From: Spirochaetaceae bacterium
Lineage (GTDB): Bacteria; Spirochaetota; Spirochaetia; Treponematales; Breznakiellaceae
Length of the DNA: 64,000 bases
Assembly: GCA_031278215.1 (NCBI GenBank)
Contig: JAITKV010000012.1
Location: 4,874-68,873 of the forward strand
Reading direction: 5' to 3'
Under the pieces are notes generated by a model, which was given only the letters and a program-made list of their open reading frames with translations, did no database searches and was not told the origin of the DNA. Both the position numbers and the translations under genes were made by a program. Positions 29,525 to 37,509 of this stretch are shown here, in pieces. Every line of letters starts with the position of its first letter. The first letter of the stretch is position 1.

Positions 29525-31115
29525 GGGATCCGGCGGCTTTGGCGTTCACGTTAAGCTGGTCTTGGGGGTTTTTTTAAGTTTCTCGCTGATTCTTCCCCTG
29601 GGTGGAATGCTCTGCAATATGTCCGGACCCGACATCGCGTCGGTGGTTTCTTCTTCCCGGTTTAAAGAGGCCCTGGGTCATTCCATGGCCGCCGCGGGAA
29701 CCGGAACGGTAATTTCCATCGTTTTTTCCTGGTTCTTTGCCCTGGCGGTGGTTCGCAGTAGAATGCCCTTTCGGAATATTTTTGCCGTTTTGGCGACGGT
29801 TCCCATGCTGATCCCTTCGATTTCCCACGGCATGGGGCTGGTGCTTTTGCTGGGTTCCAACGGGATCTTAACCCGGCTTTTTGGACTGCCCCAGGCCATT
29901 TACGGCTTTTGGGGCATTGTGGCCGGATCGGTACTGTACGCCTTTCCCGTGGCCTTTCTGATGATCGCGGACATCCTTGGCTACGAAGACGGTTCTCCCT
30001 ACGACGCCGCGACGGTTTTGGGGATTCCCAAGATCAGGCAATTTTTATCCATCACCTTTCCGTATCTTCGAAAGCCTTTAATTTCTGTGGTCTTTGCGGT
30101 CTTTACCTTGATTTTTACCGATTACGGCGTCCCCCTTATGATAGGAGGGCGGTACACCACCCTTCCGGTGCTGATGTACCAGGAGGTAATCGGGCTTCTT
30201 AACTTTAGCCGGGGAAGCGTTATCGGTTCTTTTTTACTTATCCCCGCCCTAGGGGCTTTTTTGTTTGATATGTTTAACAAAGACCGGGGAAATCAAAATT
30301 TTACCGCCCAGGAAAAGGGCCTTTCCAAAAATACCCTAAGAGACGGCGCGGCGATAACATACTGTAGTATTATTTGCTCTGTCATGGTTATTCCGCTTGC
30401 TGTGTTTGCCTTTCTGAGTAGTATCAACAAATACCCCACGGATATGTCGTTTTCTTTTGCCAACGTGCTGCGGACCATGAATCTGGGAGCGGGGCGCTAT
30501 CTGTGGAACTCTATATGCATTGCCCTGGGGGTTTCCGTTCTGGGAACGATCCTTTCCTATGTGATCGCCTACTTTACCGCCCGGACCCCGGGAAGGTCTT
30601 CCAAAATTCTTCATCTTATTTCCATCACCTCCCTGGCGGTTCCCGGCCTGGTGCTGGGCATATCCTATGTACTTTTTTTTAAAGGCTCGATCCTCTATGG
30701 AAGTATTGGAATGTTGATCCTGGTAAATATTATTCACTTCATGGCCTCGCCGTATCTGCTGGCGTATAATTCCCTGGGGAAACTGAACCCCCATCTGGAA
30801 GATGTGGGGCAAACTTTGGGGGTGGGGCGGTTTTTTATTATCCGGGATGTGCTTATTCCCCAAACCCGGCTGACGATTCTGGAAATGGCTTCTTATTTTT
30901 TTGTTAATTCCATGATGACTATTTCTGCGGTATCCTTTCTTAGTACGGTACGAAACAAGCCCGTATCTTTGATGATAAACCAATTTGAAGCCCAGCTTTT
31001 TCTTGAAGGGGCCGCCTTTGTTTCTATTCTTATTTTAGGGTGTAATTTGATCGTAAAGTTAATAGTATACTTAGCCAAGAGGTTTACAGGTGAATCTTTC
31101 AAAGCCCCAATTTGA
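29514..31115 (+). CDS. ABC transporter permease, fused two-domain type (FbpB/ThiP/PhnU-like)
   Basis: 533 aa and about 12 TM helices, with two MetI-like modules. The start overlaps the ATPase stop. Confidence 0.85.
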   Translation: MAFRGSGGFGVHVKLVLGVFLSFSLILPLGGMLCNMSGPDIASVVSSSRFKEALGHSMAAAGTGTVISIVFSWFFALAVVRSRMPFRNIFAVLATVPMLIPSISHGMGLVLLLGSNGILTRLFGLPQAIYGFWGIVAGSVLYAFPVAFLMIADILGYEDGSPYDAATVLGIPKIRQFLSITFPYLRKPLISVVFAVFTLIFTDYGVPLMIGGRYTTLPVLMYQEVIGLLNFSRGSVIGSFLLIPALGAFLFDMFNKDRGNQNFTAQEKGLSKNTLRDGAAITYCSIICSVMVIPLAVFAFLSSINKYPTDMSFSFANVLRTMNLGAGRYLWNSICIALGVSVLGTILSYVIAYFTARTPGRSSKILHLISITSLAVPGLVLGISYVLFFKGSILYGSIGMLILVNIIHFMASPYLLAYNSLGKLNPHLEDVGQTLGVGRFFIIRDVLIPQTRLTILEMASYFFVNSMMTISAVSFLSTVRNKPVSLMINQFEAQLFLEGAAFVSILILGCNLIVKLIVYLAKRFTGESFKAPI

Positions 31116-31998
31116 GGTTTTAACGGTGCTGGAGAAACTTCTTCGGCAAAAGGATGGAACGGCCGGAATTACCCAGCGGATGCTGGCCAATCAAACCGGC
31201 CTTTCGGTGGGGACAATTAACAAAACCGTAACCCAGCTGGAAGAGGCGGGACTTACAAAAAAAAACCAAATTACCCCCGCAGGGATCGAAGCCCTGGAGC
31301 CCTTCCGGGTAAAACGGGCAATCTTTATAGCTGCGGGATTCGGTTCCCGGCTGGTTCCCATTACCTTAAATACCCCCAAGCCCCTGGTTAGGGTTAAGGG
31401 GGTTAGGATAATTGACACCCTGCTGGATGCGGTAAACGCCGCGGAAATCGAAGACGTGGTCATTGTCCGGGGCTACTTTGGGGAACAGTTTGATCAGCTT
31501 CTTTATAAATACCCGCAGATCAAATTTTTAGAAAATCCTTTTTATAACGAATCCAATAATATTTCTTCTGCCATGTGCGCGCGGTATCTTTTAAAAAACG
31601 CCTATGTACTGGAATCGGACTTGTATTTAAACAAACCCGGACTAATTACAAAATACCAGTATGCCAGTAATTACCTGGGGGTTCCCGCAGCCATAACCGA
31701 CGATTGGTGTTTTGAAACCAAAAACGGCTATATTTCGAAATTGAAGGTGGGGGGTAAAAACTGCCATCATATGTTTGGTATTTCCTACTGGGACGAAAAA
31801 GACGGCGCAAAAATGGCGGGACACATCAAGGCGGTATATGAAATGCCCGGCGGCAAGGAACGGTATTGGGATCAGGTGGCACTGGAATATTTTATTAAAG
31901 ATTATAACATTGAAATAAGGGAATGTTCTTTTGATGACATTATTGAAATTGACACATTTACCGATTTAAAAAAACTTGATCGTACCTATGCGGTATAA
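31090..31998 (+). CDS. Winged-HTH domain fused to a LicC-like nucleotidyl (cytidylyl) transferase
   Basis: N-terminus: LSKPQFEVLTVLEK....ITQRMLANQTGLSVGTINKTVTQLEEAGL (MarR-like wHTH). Then AAGFGSRLVPITLNTPKPLV (NTP-transferase G-loop) and a LicC-like C-terminal half. The GTG start overlaps the permease gene end by 26 nt. Confidence 0.7.
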   Translation: MNLSKPQFEVLTVLEKLLRQKDGTAGITQRMLANQTGLSVGTINKTVTQLEEAGLTKKNQITPAGIEALEPFRVKRAIFIAAGFGSRLVPITLNTPKPLVRVKGVRIIDTLLDAVNAAEIEDVVIVRGYFGEQFDQLLYKYPQIKFLENPFYNESNNISSAMCARYLLKNAYVLESDLYLNKPGLITKYQYASNYLGVPAAITDDWCFETKNGYISKLKVGGKNCHHMFGISYWDEKDGAKMAGHIKAVYEMPGGKERYWDQVALEYFIKDYNIEIRECSFDDIIEIDTFTDLKKLDRTYAV

Positions 31999-32009
31999 AG
32001 GGGAAAGCT

Positions 32010-32924
32010 ATGATTCAAAATAAAACGGGTTGCAGTCTGCAGATGGTTTTTCGCGGCGGTATTTTGCTGGTTTGCGGATTGGTGCTGACCGGTGTTGATG
32101 ATTGTGAAGAGGGTAATTTTGCGGAACAGGAACAAGCCGCCGGGCCGCGGCAGGAACAGACTGCCGGGGTTGAACCGGGACGAGCCGCCCCTGCCGGTGG
32201 ACGGGATGCCGGCGCCGGGACTGCGCCCGCGGCGGCTTCCTCCGGCACGGCGGCTCCTTCCGGCGCCGGGACTGCGCCCGCAGCAGCTTCCTCCGGCACG
32301 GCGGCTTCTTCCGGCACGACGGCTTCTTCCGGCACGGCGGCTTCTTCCGGCGCCGGGTCCGCGCCCGCGGCGGCTTCTTCCGGCGCCGGGACCGCGCCCG
32401 CAGCAGCTTCTTCCGGCACGGCGGTTTCTTCCGGCGCCGGGACCGCGCCCGCGGCGGCTTCTTCCGGCACGGCAGCTTCTTCCGGCGCAGGGACTGCACC
32501 CGCGGCGGCGAATTCTTCCGAAGCCGCCGTTTCTTCCGCTAATACAAGGGCCGTTCAGGGAAAGGAGTGGAAACTTTCGGAACTGCGTCTTTCCGGCAGG
32601 ACCCTTATTGTTGATCGGAACAAATTAAAGGCCGACGGCATGGAAGATTTTTTTACCCTTACCCTGGACGGCCAGAGGATCAGCGGGAAGGCCGCTCCCA
32701 ACCGGTACACAGCGCCTTATCAGGCGGGGGCGGATAATTCCTTAACCATACTGCCCCCCGCGGGAACCTTGATGGCCTCTGTTTATGATCCTGAACGGAT
32801 TCGGGAAGAGGAATATTTTCAATACCTAATCCGGGTAAAAAGCTGGAAGCTGAACCAGGGTAAGCTGGAACTGTACACCGCCGATGCGCACGGCCGCGAG
32901 GCTGTTCTGGTTTATGTCGATTAA
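32010..32924 (+). CDS. Exported META-domain (HslJ-like) protein with a long Ala/Ser/Gly/Thr repeat linker
   Basis: N-terminal hydrophobic segment with Cys, about 6 units of AGTAPAAASSGTAxSSG, then the META pattern (EWKLSEL...NRYTAPY....L.I.P.A.T.MA...EEEYF..L..V..W......LEL). Confidence 0.65.
   Translation: MIQNKTGCSLQMVFRGGILLVCGLVLTGVDDCEEGNFAEQEQAAGPRQEQTAGVEPGRAAPAGGRDAGAGTAPAAASSGTAAPSGAGTAPAAASSGTAASSGTTASSGTAASSGAGSAPAAASSGAGTAPAAASSGTAVSSGAGTAPAAASSGTAASSGAGTAPAAANSSEAAVSSANTRAVQGKEWKLSELRLSGRTLIVDRNKLKADGMEDFFTLTLDGQRISGKAAPNRYTAPYQAGADNSLTILPPAGTLMASVYDPERIREEEYFQYLIRVKSWKLNQGKLELYTADAHGREAVLVYVD
32211..32520 (+). repeat. Imperfect tandem coding repeat, ~51-bp unit
   Basis: GGCGCCGGGACTGCGCCCGCGGCGGCTTC(C/T)TCCGGCACGGCGGCT.. 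is repeated about 6 times. GC is very high, and long spurious ORFs open on both strands. Confidence 0.85.
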
Positions 32925-33441
32925 AACGGTTCGGGAATATTTAAGGCGGTGGAACCGGGACGGGGATATTATTGAACTGGCCGCTTCCACCGCCACGGTG
33001 GCAGAGGCCGCCGCAGCCCTGGGGGTGGAAGGCCGGCGAATAGCAAAAAGCATCTCCCTTAAATACGGCGGCCCGGAGCGGGCCGCCGGGGAATCGGGCG
33101 CTTTAAAAACAGACCGCGGCATCCGGGTCTTTGTGGTGGTTACCGCCGGGGACATGAAACTGGACAACCGGAAATTTAAAGACCATTTCGGGTTTAAGGC
33201 AAAGATGCTGGATCCGGAAGAAACCCTGGAATATACCGGCCATGCGGTTGGCGGAGTCTGCCCTTTCGGACTTCCCCCCGGCGTGGATGTGTATCTTGAT
33301 GTTTCCCTGCAACGGTTTGCCACCGTTTATCCCGCCTGCGGTAACGCAAACTCGGCGATAGAATTGACCATTGAGGAACTCGCCGCCTACACCCCACATA
33401 AGGGGTGGGTAGACCTGTGTGAACCCAGGGAGGCGCGGTAG
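32914..33441 (+). CDS. YbaK/EbsC-family aminoacyl-tRNA deacylase domain protein
   Basis: ...VVVTAGDMKLDNRKFK.....AKMLDPEE....TGHAVGGVCPFGL......YLD.SL........ACGN.NSAIEL. The ATG at 32914 overlaps the upstream stop. Confidence 0.8.
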   Translation: MSIKTVREYLRRWNRDGDIIELAASTATVAEAAAALGVEGRRIAKSISLKYGGPERAAGESGALKTDRGIRVFVVVTAGDMKLDNRKFKDHFGFKAKMLDPEETLEYTGHAVGGVCPFGLPPGVDVYLDVSLQRFATVYPACGNANSAIELTIEELAAYTPHKGWVDLCEPREAR

Positions 33442-33457
33442 ATCCCCGCTTTACCGC

Positions 33458-33856
33458 TTAGTATTCGATAATAAGCCGGCGGCGGACCCGTTCGGTCCTG
33501 ACATCGCAAAGATCGATTCTGATTTTGTTTCCTTCGTAAAGCAGATAGGCAAAAAGATTGCTGCCCGAGGTACCGGAAGTTTCCTGGATGGTAACGGTCC
33601 TGAATATGCCGTTGTTTCCGGGAAGGTCAAATTGTTCCAGTTTGATATGTTCCGGGCCGGTATTGTCCTTCCGGTATAGAATAATTTCCCAGGTTAGTTC
33701 TTCATCGTTGATAAACAGTTCTGCCCTGGCATAGAGGTTGGCGGTTTGCCTTCTGCTGATTTGATACGAGGAAACTTTAAACACTATCGGTTCGGGCTGG
33801 GCAAATCCTATCCGGGCAACCCCCACCCATACCATAAGAAAGAGCAATTTTTTCAT
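33458..33856 (-). CDS. Hypothetical small secreted protein
   Basis: ORF with signal peptide MKKLLFLMVWVGVARIGFAQ and a GGAGAA RBS. I recognise no family. GC is lower than in the neighbours. Confidence 0.5.
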   Translation of the reverse strand: MKKLLFLMVWVGVARIGFAQPEPIVFKVSSYQISRRQTANLYARAELFINDEELTWEIILYRKDNTGPEHIKLEQFDLPGNNGIFRTVTIQETSGTSGSNLFAYLLYEGNKIRIDLCDVRTERVRRRLIIEY

Positions 33857-34219
33857 ACATTTCTCCTGTGTCTACAAGTTTCCTGTATCTACAATACTAC
33901 AAAACCACAAAGCGTGGTAGAAATTTTCGGCCTTTAATCTTTTCGGCATGAAGGATCCGGAAAATTACTGTTTCACGTGAAACAGTTTACCATACAAAAC
34001 AGGGGTTTTTGTACAGAGCAGGCCGCATAACGTTCCGGTTGCAGCGAACCGGCGGCTCGACGACGTTTTGGCAAGGCGGATAAGGCGCCAACTGCGGGGC
34101 CGTAAAAGAAGGCCCCGTGGATATCGGCGTGCCGATTCTCCAGAGCGGCGTGGAATTATACCCAAGATTATCACAGGTAAAAAGAAAAATTATCCCCATT
34201 TGAAGGAACCTAAGGCGGC

Positions 34220-34648
34220 CTACTCTTCGCCGGCGGGACGGCGCCGCCGGGCCTTTATTTCGCTCAGGTGATGTTTTGTCCGAAGCCGCCTTTCCCTGGC
34301 GGCTTTTGAAACTTTAAGGGGCCGGCGTTTTTTAGGGATCCGGGCGGCGGCACAGATAAGCGCTTCCGCCCGGGCATAGGCCCGGTCCAGGTTTACCCTT
34401 TGGGAGCGCTCTTCGCTGGAAGAAAGAACCAGCGTGCTTTTTTCTCCGGTATGGGAAAGCCGGCTCCCCAGGGCGTTTTCAAGCCGGGCGGCCTCCGGCC
34501 CGGAAAGCCCCGCCAGGTTTTCCAAAGCCAGGCGCAGGGTTACTTTAGTGTTAAGCTTGTTGACATTTTGCCCTCCGGGCCCCCCGGATCGGGAAAAAAT
34601 GATCTCCGCAAAGGTATGAATTGACTGCCGAAGAAGAAAAACATCCAC
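34220..34648 (-). CDS. arfB: Alternative ribosome rescue factor ArfB (peptidyl-tRNA hydrolase, RF-1 domain)
   Basis: SGGPGGQNVNKLNTKV GGQ motif, about 140 aa, and a basic C-terminal tail. Confidence 0.85.
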   Translation of the reverse strand: MDVFLLRQSIHTFAEIIFSRSGGPGGQNVNKLNTKVTLRLALENLAGLSGPEAARLENALGSRLSHTGEKSTLVLSSSEERSQRVNLDRAYARAEALICAAARIPKKRRPLKVSKAARERRLRTKHHLSEIKARRRRPAGEE

Positions 34649-34759
34649 AGGGTATCCTTGATATGATCCTGCAGGGAGAACCGCATACCGTCAAGTCCAC
34701 GGTATACGGTTCCCCCTGGCAAGCGAAGGGGCTTTACAGTTTCGGGTTTTAGGCGCCCG

Positions 34760-35929
34760 TTAGGTTATTGCTTTTTTTAGCTCCTCGGCCTTATCGGTTT
34801 TTTCCCAGGGAAATTCGCTGCGGCCAAAATGCCCATAGGAAGCGGTTTTTTGGTAGATGGGCCGGCGAAGGTTCAGGTCCTTGATGATCCCCGCGGGGCT
34901 TAGATCAAATGTTTTTTTTACGGCGTTTTCGATACGCTGTTCATTGACCTTGGCGGTCCCAAAGGTGTCGACCATTACAGAGACCGGAAAGGGTACGCCG
35001 ATAGCATAAGCCAGCTCCACTTCGCAGCGTTCGGCCAGTTTGGCCGCCACGACATTTTTTGCCACATACCGGGCGGCATAGGCGGCGGAGCGGTCTACCT
35101 TGGTAGGATCCTTGCCGGAAAAAGCGCCGCCGCCGTGGCGGCCCATACCGCCGTAGGTGTCCACGATGATCTTGCGGCCCGTAAGGCCCGTATCCCCAAA
35201 GGGGCCGCCGACCACAAAACGGCCGGTGGGGTTAATGTAGTACTTGGTCTTTGTGTCCAAAAGCCCTGTGGGTTTTAGCACCGGTTTTATGATGCTTTCG
35301 ATAATGCCCAATTCAATATCTTTGTACGAAACGCCCGGATCGTGTTGATGCGAAACCACCACCGCATCAATCCGGACAGGTTTGTATCCTTCGTATTCCA
35401 CCGTAACCTGGCTTTTTGCATCGGGCCTAAGCCACTGGATGGTTTTATTTTTTCGCAGTTTTGTGGCCTGGATTAAAATCTTATGAGCCAGGGTGATGGG
35501 CAAGGGCATAAGTTCCTTAGTTTCGTTACAGGCAAAGCCAAACATCATCCCCTGGTCCCCGGCGCCCTGTTGACCTTTGTATTTTTTTAAGCCCGTCCCG
35601 GAAACGCCCTGGCTGATGTCCGGAGACTGGTTGTGAATCATATCCAGCACCGCCATGGAATGGCAGTCCAGGCCGTAGTCGGGATCGGTATAGCCGATTT
35701 CTTCTGCCACATGCCGGACCACATCCTGAAAGTCCACAAAGGTTTTGGTGGTTATTTCCCCCCCAATTAGAACCATGGAGGTAGAGGCAAAGGTTTCGCA
35801 GGCCACCCGGCTTTGCGGATCGTCTTTAATGCATGCGTCAAGAATAGCGTCCGATACCTGATCGCATAATTTGTCGGGATGCCCTTCTCCTACCGATTCG
35901 GAGGTAAAAAAACAGCGGCGGTTTTCCAT
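34760..35929 (-). CDS. metK: S-adenosylmethionine synthetase
   Basis: [23 protein letters not shown] and [16 protein letters not shown] motifs. Confidence 0.95.
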   Translation of the reverse strand: MENRRCFFTSESVGEGHPDKLCDQVSDAILDACIKDDPQSRVACETFASTSMVLIGGEITTKTFVDFQDVVRHVAEEIGYTDPDYGLDCHSMAVLDMIHNQSPDISQGVSGTGLKKYKGQQGAGDQGMMFGFACNETKELMPLPITLAHKILIQATKLRKNKTIQWLRPDAKSQVTVEYEGYKPVRIDAVVVSHQHDPGVSYKDIELGIIESIIKPVLKPTGLLDTKTKYYINPTGRFVVGGPFGDTGLTGRKIIVDTYGGMGRHGGGAFSGKDPTKVDRSAAYAARYVAKNVVAAKLAERCEVELAYAIGVPFPVSVMVDTFGTAKVNEQRIENAVKKTFDLSPAGIIKDLNLRRPIYQKTASYGHFGRSEFPWEKTDKAEELKKAIT

Positions 35930-36180
35930 AATAATTCCTTGTTTTCCTGTAGATTAAGTATGATATTATATCATAGTCAAATTTAGTATATGTATAAACG
36001 CAGAAGAATACAAGGATTTCCGGAAATTTAGGGCGGCTGCGAAGCGGCGGCAAGATGAACCTCCCTTGGGTTTCCCAGGGCCCTGTCTTTGGCCCCGGGA
36101 TACCGGGAGAGCCGGCGCAATTTAAAAAAAAACCGCCCGGCCGCAAAAGCGACGGACGGTGTGTAAGGAACGGCTCTTGC

Positions 36181-36627
36181 CTACTTGGAAAGCCCGGAAG
36201 CCAGACTTTTAAGAATTGCCGCAGCCCTGGGTTTACTCTGCCGTTCATACTGGGTTGCAGTGGCAAGCATCGCATCCCGAATTGCAGCCTTGGCCCCCGC
36301 GTCATTAAGATTCCGTTGAAGATTGGGGATAGTAAGGCTGTCTCCTACTTCAATTAGATCCGGATTCTTTACAAGCGCAGGATTTGCAAGATGGATAAGC
36401 GGAAAGAAGTATCTGTTCCCTGTTCCGTACTTGCTGGCGGCAATTTCGGCGAGAGTGTCGCCTTTAACAACAATGTAGTTTGTAGCGCCGTCAAGGATAA
36501 TGCCCTCCCGTGGCGCCGCCGCCGGTGCAGGAGCAGCAGGAGCTGCAGGAGCGGGCGCCGGGGTAGCACAGGCAATAACTACAAAGGAGGTTAAGGCAAC
36601 AAGTAAACCAAAAAGAACTTTTTTCAT
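36181..36627 (-). CDS. LysM-domain lipoprotein
   Basis: Signal peptide with lipobox VIAC, a PAPA linker, and LysM (YIVVKGDTLAEIAASKYG....LIEVGDSLTIP). Confidence 0.8.
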   Translation of the reverse strand: MKKVLFGLLVALTSFVVIACATPAPAPAAPAAPAPAAAPREGIILDGATNYIVVKGDTLAEIAASKYGTGNRYFFPLIHLANPALVKNPDLIEVGDSLTIPNLQRNLNDAGAKAAIRDAMLATATQYERQSKPRAAAILKSLASGLSK

Positions 36628-36711
36628 ATTTGTTCCTCCAGGGAGAGATTATGAACAAAAATAGTAAAAAATGCAAGGGAAAAGGAGAATTTTCAAAACC
36701 GCCCGGTATGC

Positions 36712-37509
36712 TTACTCCAGGTCCAGGCCGGTAATGTTTTCCGCCGGCAGACTAAAGACAATGCCCTGGGCCTTGGAGGCCATGCCAAAACCCTGGCTTA
36801 TGGCCTGCATAATGGGAACCCGCTTGTTCCGGTTGGCCAAGATGGTGATAATTTCTTTTTCATCCTGGACAGAAATGCCGAAAAACTTTACCGGCCCCTT
36901 GTGAACCAGCCCCCGGGCGCCGATCACCGTGCCCCCCGATGCCCCCGCGTCCCGGGCGCAGGCCATTAGCTCGTCGCTGTAACCCTGGTTTACCACAATA
37001 ACGATAAGATCGTGTTTCTTTTGGTCAGGGCTTTTTTGCTCTTTCGCATCCTTCATGGTTTTATTTTCCTTTCGTTCTTCATCGCTGATATTTTTGTGGA
37101 TACTTTCTTTAAAAACCCGGAGTATGGGTTTGTTGATTCCCGAAAGGGGTACGGTAAAGGCTATTCCCGCTCCGGGATTGTGGAGCCCCAGGCTTTTACT
37201 TACCCGCTTAAGCAGGACCGGCACCATAATATTCTGTTCCAGACAGAGTACCACGGCTTTTTCGGTGGACCCCAAACCCAAAAGGTCCAGAATTTCTGAA
37301 CTGGCGGTTCCCCGGCCCTTGCAGATAAAGTGAAACCGGACATGGGATTCTTCAAGAATTTCCGTCATTTTTTTGGCCTTTAGCCAGTCGATGATAAAGA
37401 CCACGAAGTGCAGAACCGGCATATCCGGCAGGGCGGGAATGCCCTGGGCCGCCGCCTTGGGGGATTTCTTTTTTGGCAGTTTTAGTTCCATCCGGGGCTT
37501 TTTGTTCAC
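36712..37509 (-). CDS. Tandem PII-like (two GlnB-fold modules) signalling protein
   Basis: Two modules, (LHFVVFII...ICKGRGT....AVVLCL....AFTVPL) and (LIVIVVNQGY....GGTVIGARGL....EIITIL....GIVFSLP), joined by a K/E-rich linker. The GTG start overlaps the DUF1538 stop; internal ATG starts are also possible. Confidence 0.65.
   Translation of the reverse strand: MNKKPRMELKLPKKKSPKAAAQGIPALPDMPVLHFVVFIIDWLKAKKMTEILEESHVRFHFICKGRGTASSEILDLLGLGSTEKAVVLCLEQNIMVPVLLKRVSKSLGLHNPGAGIAFTVPLSGINKPILRVFKESIHKNISDEERKENKTMKDAKEQKSPDQKKHDLIVIVVNQGYSDELMACARDAGASGGTVIGARGLVHKGPVKFFGISVQDEKEIITILANRNKRVPIMQAISQGFGMASKAQGIVFSLPAENITGLDLE

Noticed and set aside
32008-32499. Long minus-strand ORFs (163 and 151 aa) and a +2 frame ORF across the GC-rich tandem repeat.
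   Set aside because: These are artefacts of the repeat, because every frame is open. Only the + frame continues into a recognisable META domain with a signal peptide.
33960-34185. tmRNA, SRP (4.5S) RNA, RNase P RNA or 6S RNA in the arfB downstream gap, and a 69-aa Arg-rich ORF (33965-34174, minus strand).
   Set aside because: None of the expected signatures is present: no tRNA-like ends or GGGG..TTCGA signature of tmRNA, no GGAAGCAGCC SRP domain IV motif, no RNase P GAGGAAAGTCC box, and the 5' and 3' ends are not complementary as in 6S. The ORF has no RBS and a nonsense-like composition. The region is kept only as an unassigned structured element.
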